From an uncultured delta proteobacterium (GTDB lineage Bacteria > Desulfobacterota > Binatia > Binatales > Binataceae): DNA of 64,000 nt. The position numbers were made by a program, and so were the translations under genes. Below the pieces are notes generated by a model that saw only the letters and a list, made by a program, of their open reading frames with translations, was not told where the DNA came from and did no database searches. Below are positions 57,803 to 64,000 of the stretch, in pieces. The stretch spans positions 448,001 to 512,000 of the forward strand of contig CAVQEQ010000003.1 of assembly GCA_963711565.1 (NCBI GenBank), in the 5' to 3' direction. Every line of letters starts with the position of its first letter. Within the stretch, counting starts at the first letter, position 1.

Positions 57803-58596
57803 AGCGACTTTTCCTCAGGACGATAAGCCCAGGCCACGCCGACCGCGTGAAGGCCAAAATGCCGCCGCAGTACTTCGTTGTTGGCGCGACTCATCGGTAC
57901 GACCTCGAAGCCAAGCGATTCGAGTCGCGTCAGAATATCGCGCTCTGCCTCCGGATGGCTCTCGGTTGCGTGCCACTCCAGGACTATGGTCTTCGCCCTG
58001 AGCGTCCGAAACCGCTCGTCCATTACGAGATCGTACTCGGCGCCCTCGCAGTCGAGTTTCAGCAAGTCAATTTCCGAGGCGCCGGCCCAGGCGAAAAAAT
58101 TCACCACCTTTACGGTCAAGCCGGCCGCGGAGGAGGACACTAGGTGCGAGCCGACGCCCGCGTCACTCAGTTTGGAACAACCAGCTTTCGACCCGACCGC
58201 AACCGGGTGAAGGTGAACGCGCTGGGAATCACAATTGACTCGAAGGTGAGATTCGATCTGCGCGCAATGAAGCGGATGAGGTTCGAATGCGTCGATCGTG
58301 GCCTGCGGATATTCCCGCAAAAAGTACAGAATCGAATAGCCGACATTGGCCCCTACATCCACCACCCGTTTGACCGACGAGCGGTCGAGTGGACGCGGTG
58401 AGCGATAAGGTTCCTCGACGAAGACTTCCCGCGCCACTCCGGCGTCATCGACTGGTTCGCGCGCCGGTTCGCGGCGCAAAAATATCCGTGGCCCGGCAAT
58501 GAGCCTTACAGTCAGAGTTTCCGGGACCCCAAACGCGCGCCAGGCCAGGTAGCGGAGCCTCGAGGTTGGCGTCATTACATCGCGGAGGCGTCGCAT
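57799..58596 (-). CDS. FkbM-family methyltransferase
   Basis: VDVGANVGYS, AFEP, IDLLKLDCEGAEY, LEWH; start 58596 or 58575. Confidence 0.9.
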   Translation of the reverse strand: MRRLRDVMTPTSRLRYLAWRAFGVPETLTVRLIAGPRIFLRREPAREPVDDAGVAREVFVEEPYRSPRPLDRSSVKRVVDVGANVGYSILYFLREYPQATIDAFEPHPLHCAQIESHLRVNCDSQRVHLHPVAVGSKAGCSKLSDAGVGSHLVSSSAAGLTVKVVNFFAWAGASEIDLLKLDCEGAEYDLVMDERFRTLRAKTIVLEWHATESHPEAERDILTRLESLGFEVVPMSRANNEVLRRHFGLHAVGVAWAYRPEEKSL

Positions 58597-58601
58597 TGGC
58601 C

Positions 58602-59750
58602 TTACCGCGCAGCCCTGTTGCTCGCCAATGGCCCGCGCGCGCTGCTTAGGTTGAGCAGCGTCTTGCGCAGGAGATCCATTTGTTGCGCCGGATCGCACAA
58701 TTCGCGCGCCCGCGCCGGGCCCGCATCTCCCAGCCGGCGACGGCCTTTATCGTCGCCGACCAGCCTTCCGAGCGCGGCCGCCAGCGCGACCGGGTTGTTC
58801 GGCGACACCAACTCGCCGCATGAGTCATTTACGATTTCGATTGCACCGCCGAGTCGCGTCGTGACCACGGGAAGTCTGGCATAGAGTGCCTCGATGAACG
58901 CAATCCCGAACGGTTCGGGAGAAATATTCGGCTGGCAGTGGATGTCAGACGCGGCCAGCAGCCGGTCAACGTCGTTGCGCTGGCCCAGGAATCGAATCCG
59001 ATCCTCGATGCCCAATTCCGAGGCGGTCGCGCGCAGGCCGGCAAGGTAACTTTGTTCGGACTCGCGCTGCGGACCGCCCACCAACCAGACAATCCACTGG
59101 CTATTCGACTTGATAATCGATGCCGCCTGCATCAGGAGGCGTTGGCCCTTCCATTCCTGCATCCGGCCCGTGTGAACTATGACAACTGAATCAGCCGGAG
59201 TAGTCAGTTCAGATCGCACCGCGTCGCGATCGGACTGCGAGTAGCTAATCGACGGCGCCGCCACCGGACAGTGCACCACCTCTACCGGTACCAACCAGAA
59301 GACCCCGCTGAATTCCCGCGCCGCGAAATGGCTGGTGCAGATGACCAGATCGGGACCGGCGTATCGCGCCCATTGCTCGAGCCAATGGCGTCCGTTCGAC
59401 GCCATGTGTTGCCACATTGCGACCGGCACGCCCGACGCCCTCGCGATCGAACCGAACAGCGCCTGGGTCCACGCCATGTGGCATACGACGGCGTCGTAAT
59501 GACCCGCCGAGAGGATTTCACGCAGCCGCCGGCGCGCGCGCATCACGGTCAGCGGATAACGGATGCGGACCTCGCCGAGCATGTGGACTGGAACTTCGGC
59601 GGCGGCCAGTTCGGTACTCAGGCGCCCCTTGAAGCTGAGCGCAAACTCGGGCTCAACGTTGGGAGTCAGTGCGCGGCAGCGCGCCAGCGTCGCCAGCAGA
59701 GTCTCGACGCCGCCGAACATGTTGCCGGCGTTGATGTGCAGCACTCGCAT
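58602..59750 (-). CDS. Glycosyltransferase family 4
   Basis: GGVETLL, GRM..WKG, EPFGIAFIEAL. Confidence 0.92.
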   Translation of the reverse strand: MRVLHINAGNMFGGVETLLATLARCRALTPNVEPEFALSFKGRLSTELAAAEVPVHMLGEVRIRYPLTVMRARRRLREILSAGHYDAVVCHMAWTQALFGSIARASGVPVAMWQHMASNGRHWLEQWARYAGPDLVICTSHFAAREFSGVFWLVPVEVVHCPVAAPSISYSQSDRDAVRSELTTPADSVVIVHTGRMQEWKGQRLLMQAASIIKSNSQWIVWLVGGPQRESEQSYLAGLRATASELGIEDRIRFLGQRNDVDRLLAASDIHCQPNISPEPFGIAFIEALYARLPVVTTRLGGAIEIVNDSCGELVSPNNPVALAAALGRLVGDDKGRRRLGDAGPARARELCDPAQQMDLLRKTLLNLSSARGPLASNRAAR

Positions 59751-59754
59751 CGGT

Positions 59755-59810
59755 TCAGTTGCGCGCGCCGCCGAGCACTTCGCAAAAAACGGGGATCAGC
59801 TCCCGCGCGA
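59755..59810 (-). pseudogene. Remnant second copy of the 3' end of the GT4 gene at 60732-61979
   Basis: Reads ARELIPVFCEVLGGARN* versus ARELIPLYEELEAAF in the intact gene; DNA similarity between 59767-59808 and 60757-60797. Confidence 0.6.
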
Positions 59811-59887
59811 CTGCTCCGCGCGAGCCGCAGAGATTGAGCGGCGTCTCGCGCATTAACGGCGAGTAGTTGCATAGGTGGCAAGGATAC

Positions 59888-60718
59888 TCACTGCTTTTCA
59901 AGGACCACCCACGTACCGCCCCAGATCGGCCAAAATAGCCGGTTAAGTGCGCCTCTGTCTCCCCACCATCGAATTGCGTTGGCGCTATTGGTCTGCTTGG
60001 CCCAAAGGAGCAAGTCCATCGGATTGCAAAAGTAGGAGGCATCGTTGTCCGCGTGAGCAGGCGGCCGGATATCAGGCGTACGGGTCAGGAACTTCACTGG
60101 TTGTTCACCTGAGAGCTTCTTTACTGTGCGCCAAGTATGATGAGCCAGATGTTGGTACGCTTCCGGCAATGTATTCCCGAATGGATGCCTTGGCATCTCC
60201 TCGGTTCGTACTTCCCAGCGCCCACGATTCCGAATTGCCTTCCAGCTCTTCCTCGCGGCGTACTTCAGCGCCAGACCCACTGAGAGTAAATTCGGACCAA
60301 CAACTACCAGACGGCCTTTCGGCTTCAGCACCCGCATTGCTTCTACTAGCGCGCCCTCCGGATTGGGTAAGTGCTCCAAAACTGCGTGCCTACCGACGAG
60401 GTCCATCGAAGAATCACGAAAGGGAAGCGTCGTCGCGTCAGCACAAACATAGTGAAAAGCCTCGCCGCCTTCCTTCGCTTCCGGATTCGAGTGTAGATCA
60501 ACCCCGAATGCGCGGTGGCCGGCGTTTCTGAGGGCCAGGGTGGACCAGCCGCTTCCGCATCCAATATCAAGAATCCCAGCCGTTGAGCATGGAACGTGAG
60601 AGAGGATGAAGTTTACGTAACGACGAAAGTACGCCGCTCCTTCCTCCTGATTGCGGTCGAAGGTTGCTCGAACCTGATCGGACTTCCGATAGTGAGTACG
60701 TAAGCCTTTAGCATCCAT
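59888..60718 (-). CDS. Class I SAM-dependent methyltransferase (Methyltransf_11-like)
   Basis: ILDIGCGSG, DATTLPF, VLEHL, RVLKPKG; AT-richer than flanks. Confidence 0.9.
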   Translation of the reverse strand: MDAKGLRTHYRKSDQVRATFDRNQEEGAAYFRRYVNFILSHVPCSTAGILDIGCGSGWSTLALRNAGHRAFGVDLHSNPEAKEGGEAFHYVCADATTLPFRDSSMDLVGRHAVLEHLPNPEGALVEAMRVLKPKGRLVVVGPNLLSVGLALKYAARKSWKAIRNRGRWEVRTEEMPRHPFGNTLPEAYQHLAHHTWRTVKKLSGEQPVKFLTRTPDIRPPAHADNDASYFCNPMDLLLWAKQTNSANAIRWWGDRGALNRLFWPIWGGTWVVLEKQ

Positions 60719-60731
60719 TAAACGGACCAGC

Positions 60732-61979
60732 CTATTTCATGTGGCCCACATTGAAAGCCGCCTCGAGCTCTTCGTAAAGCGGGATCAGCTCGCGCGCCAT
60801 GCGTGCTCGATCGAAGCGATCCTCCGCGGTCTTGCGCGCGGCGGCGCCGAGCTGCGCTCGCAGCGGCGCCGCGCATGCCAGTTGACGGATCGAAGCGGCC
60901 AGCGCCGCCGCGTCACCCGGCGCGATCGCGATTGCGTCCTGTCCGGATGTCACGATCTCCAGCGCGCCGCCCGCCGCCGCCACGATCACCGCCTTCCCGC
61001 ATGCCATTGCTTCCGCGATCACGCGCCCGAACGGCTCGGGATTGGTGCTGGCGTGGACGACGATATCGAGCGCGCGAATCGCCGCGGCCGGTTCGTCGAC
61101 GAAGCCAGTGAAGCCGACGTTGCCGTTGAGCGACAGTCCGTCCGCGATGCGCCGTAGTTGCACCAAGTCCGCCTGGCTGCCGCGCGTGCTGTACAGGCTG
61201 CCGCCGATAACGTATCCGCGCACCGAAAGATCGCGCGGGATCATCGCGAGCGCGCGGAGAAAAATCTCGTGCCCCTTCCACTGCGCCATCGTCGCGAGCA
61301 AACCGACTCGCACGACCACGCCCGTTGGCCGCGCCAGCGCGGCCAATGCGTCGAGGTCGGCTGACGCGCCCGCGGGATTGAACGTCTCGAGGTCGATGCC
61401 ATTGTGAATCGGCACGGTTCTGGCGATTTGAGGGCACGCCGTGCGCAGGTCCTCCGCGACGCTGCGCGAGTTGGTCACCGCCACGGCGCATCGCCGCGAA
61501 TGCATCGCGAGCAGCCGCGACATCGCCGGCCGCTGCCCCACGTAGTCGCGCACGTGCCAAATGATCGGCGCCGATTCGGGCGCGGCCCACGCGGCCAGGA
61601 TGTGCGTCTTGAAACCGTTGGAATGCACGACGTTGGGACGCTCCGCCGAAATCGCCGCGCGCAGCGCCGGCACATGCGACAGCGCCGCGATTCCCGCGCG
61701 GCCGAGTCCCGCGACAAACTTCGCTTTCGCTGTCCGCGTCGCGCCGCCCGATGAGTTCGTGATCGCCGAATCGCCGAACTGCGCCAGCCCCGACGGATAC
61801 TCGATCGCCCTGGCGGCGACTCCGATTTCGCGCGCGGCTTCGAGCAGCGGCCCGTCTTCGCCCGCTATCAGCGACAGTTCCCAATCCGGCCGGATCGCGC
61901 GCACCTCGATCATGACGTTGAGCAGGCTTCGCTCGCCGCCGCCCAACTGCGCTTTCGGATTGAGGTAGAGAATCTTCAC
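60732..61979 (-). CDS. Glycosyltransferase family 4
   Basis: GGGERSL, WKGH..F, EPFGRVIAEAMACG. Confidence 0.92.
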   Translation of the reverse strand: MKILYLNPKAQLGGGERSLLNVMIEVRAIRPDWELSLIAGEDGPLLEAAREIGVAARAIEYPSGLAQFGDSAITNSSGGATRTAKAKFVAGLGRAGIAALSHVPALRAAISAERPNVVHSNGFKTHILAAWAAPESAPIIWHVRDYVGQRPAMSRLLAMHSRRCAVAVTNSRSVAEDLRTACPQIARTVPIHNGIDLETFNPAGASADLDALAALARPTGVVVRVGLLATMAQWKGHEIFLRALAMIPRDLSVRGYVIGGSLYSTRGSQADLVQLRRIADGLSLNGNVGFTGFVDEPAAAIRALDIVVHASTNPEPFGRVIAEAMACGKAVIVAAAGGALEIVTSGQDAIAIAPGDAAALAASIRQLACAAPLRAQLGAAARKTAEDRFDRARMARELIPLYEELEAAFNVGHMK

Positions 61980-62001
61980 GCGCTGAAGCGAACGTGTGCT
62001 G

Positions 62002-64000
62002 CTAGGGCGTCTGCGTCCCCGCCTGAGCGGAGCCGGCGTTATCGACCTTTTTGTGGAAGTCGTCGGCCCGAGCTTTGTAAGCCTGGTTGTCCGGCGCCAG
62101 TTGCGCCGCGCGCGTGTACGCCTTGTCGGCGCCCGCGTAGTCGTAGGCCTGTTCGTCGGCCTCGGCCAGTGAGTAGTATGCGAGCGCGGAATCCGGCCGC
62201 AACTGGATCGCCCTGGTCAGCATGATCACCGCCTGATTGAAGTCGTGATTCTGACCGTAGAGTTCGCCGAGCCGGATTGTCACTTCGAAAGAGTCCGGCC
62301 GATCGACAGCGATCTGCTTGATCGCCTCGATGGCCGCCGGCAGATCGCCCATCGTCTGCGCTGCTGCCGCAAGCAGAGTCTCCATCTCGTAGCTGTCGAT
62401 GCCGTTGTCGATCGCCTGCGCGACGGTGTGCTTGACGCCCGCGATGTCCTTCTGCGGCACGTACACGTTCATCGTCAGCGCGTAATACGCGCGCGTCTGG
62501 TCGGGCTCGATTGCGATCGCCTGTTCGAGGATGGACTGCGCGCGCTTGAAATCGGCTCCGCGCGCGGCCGCCGCCGCGGCGCTCACCAGGTACAGGTACT
62601 GCGCATGTGAATCGGGCGCGTGTTGCGCGGCGTCGGCGTAGAGCGACGCCTCATCGGAATATTTCCCGACGCCGTCATAAAATGTCGCCGCCGCCTCCAG
62701 CGCGCCGGGGACCTGCTCCGCCGTGGCGCGCCTGATTCCCCGCCCGATTGCATCGCGCTCATCGGGCGAGAGCCATCCTATGAGCCGATCTGACATATAA
62801 GGATGCGTCTGCGGCGCCGGCGAGTTGTACACCGAAAGCTCCATCTGCTTGAGCGCGTCGTCGCCGCGGCCGGCCCCTGCCAGTTCGCGCATGTAGGCGT
62901 CGCGCGTGTACGGATTCATCGGGTCGAGCGCGAGCGCGATCTGCATCTCGCGCATGCGTTCTTCCAGCGGCATTCGATCGCCGAGAAGGGCGGTCAGCGC
63001 CCCATGCGAAAACGTGTTGGCCGGATACAGCAGCAACATCGCCTTCGCCTGCGCGAGCGAACCCGGCGTTTGCAGGTTGTACGGATAAGCAATCGAGGGC
63101 TGCACGAACGTCGCCAGCAGCAGCCCGACCGCCGATATCGGTATCCAGATTCGCGCGAACGCACCGCGCGGTTTCTGAAATTCGCTGGGATCGTCCTCGA
63201 TAGTCCACGCCCACGAAACCCGGACCGCCAGCCCGAGTATCATCGCAAAGAAAAAAGCGATCGCCGGAATCTGCAGGTCGAAATCGAAAAACTCGATGAC
63301 GCACATCACAGCCAGCGCCGCCACCAGCGCCGCCTGTATCGGTACGATTCTTTCCGGCAGTTGCGCGAACCTGCGATAGATGAAGCTGCCCGCGCGCAGG
63401 AGGAACCACGCCGCCAACGCCAGCCCCACGATCCCGGTCTCCGCGATCAGTTGCAGGTAGTCGTTGTGCGCTTCCGAAAAATACAGGTCCGACCACGGCC
63501 GCGCACGGTATCGCGTGAACAGCTCGGGCCACGTCCGCAGTCCGGTCCCGACCGCGGGAAAATCCTCGACGATCCTGAGTCCGTTGGCCCACGCATTAAC
63601 CCGGTTCGGCAATCCGGCGTCGGCGTCAACGGAGTTCTGTACGCGCGCGGTCACCTGGCCCCTGCCGCTGGCCCCGATGAACATCATCGCGAGTATCAGC
63701 ATGCACACCGCTCCCGCCAGCGCGATTCGGCGCGACCGCGTCACGCGCTCGCTGTCCTCCCCTCTTCGCGAGGTGAGAATCATCACGAGCGCCAGGCCAA
63801 GCGCGAGACCGATCCAGCCCGCGCGCGACTGGCTCATCAGAATCGCGGCTATCATTACGAACAACGTCACGCCGCACGCGATTCGGTAGCCGTTCGACCA
63901 TCGCGCGGATACCAGCGGACTGCCGAAGAAGGTCCCTGAAAGTGCGAGCGGAAAGATCATCGCAAGGAAGCCGGCGAAATGATCGGGATCAACGAACGGG
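62002..64000 (-). CDS. O-antigen ligase (Wzy_C) domain protein with C-terminal TPRs; 5' end beyond window
   Basis: PFVDPDHFAGFL at window edge, SQSRAG, GTGL, EAHNDYLQ..AETG, FDFDLQIP, several TPR helices. Confidence 0.88.
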   Translation of the reverse strand, partial: PFVDPDHFAGFLAMIFPLALSGTFFGSPLVSARWSNGYRIACGVTLFVMIAAILMSQSRAGWIGLALGLALVMILTSRRGEDSERVTRSRRIALAGAVCMLILAMMFIGASGRGQVTARVQNSVDADAGLPNRVNAWANGLRIVEDFPAVGTGLRTWPELFTRYRARPWSDLYFSEAHNDYLQLIAETGIVGLALAAWFLLRAGSFIYRRFAQLPERIVPIQAALVAALAVMCVIEFFDFDLQIPAIAFFFAMILGLAVRVSWAWTIEDDPSEFQKPRGAFARIWIPISAVGLLLATFVQPSIAYPYNLQTPGSLAQAKAMLLLYPANTFSHGALTALLGDRMPLEERMREMQIALALDPMNPYTRDAYMRELAGAGRGDDALKQMELSVYNSPAPQTHPYMSDRLIGWLSPDERDAIGRGIRRATAEQVPGALEAAATFYDGVGKYSDEASLYADAAQHAPDSHAQYLYLVSAAAAAARGADFKRAQSILEQAIAIEPDQTRAYYALTMNVYVPQKDIAGVKHTVAQAIDNGIDSYEMETLLAAAAQTMGDLPAAIEAIKQIAVDRPDSFEVTIRLGELYGQNHDFNQAVIMLTRAIQLRPDSALAYYSLAEADEQAYDYAGADKAYTRAAQLAPDNQAYKARADDFHKKVDNAGSAQAGTQTP

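Overview
GC-rich bacterial chromosomal segment (roughly 60-65% GC by eye). The gene content (DUF1329 protein, DADGH/SSDIGHWD-type amidohydrolase, Deltaproteobacteria-like housekeeping genes) resembles uncultured Ca. Binatota; this is an inference, not a database result. Layout: (1) 0.2-9.2 kb, small-molecule metabolism and redox genes: a Zn-finger mini-protein, an amidohydrolase-PhyH-ThDP enzyme operon, HAD, HxlR, DsbA-like, quinone oxidoreductase and a sigma54-type DUF1329 gene. (2) 9.3-15.2 kb, a TetR-controlled YbhGFSR-like ABC exporter. (3) 15.2-20.7 kb, a secreted YyaL-like protein and a CAP/O-methyltransferase/lipoprotein/MBL operon. (4) 20.9-31.7 kb, a long minus-strand run pheA-hisC-(DUF1648)-tyrA-cmk-rpsA-ihfB-HIT-AAA-VWA ending in an AT-richer orphan Dam methylase. 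(5) A 33-cysteine lipoprotein, mutL-miaA-accA, rpmB and ArsC. (6) From 40.3 kb to the end, a GT-C enzyme, a FecR-like protein and a >20 kb Wzx/Wzy polysaccharide cluster with 8 GT4s, a GT2, 4 methyltransferases, an acyltransferase and an O-antigen-ligase-TPR protein. I saw no rRNA, tRNA, CRISPR array, integrase or transposase. Two single-base frameshifts are probably assembly errors. The most notable observations are a methyltransferase cassette bracketed by a duplicated glycosyltransferase 3' end, HIP1-like GCGATCGC abundance alongside an orphan Dam, a recurring GTTGCA-N3-TGMAAC operator, an unannotated 41-aa membrane protein and the Cys-rich lipoprotein. None is proven to be a new system without the checks listed.
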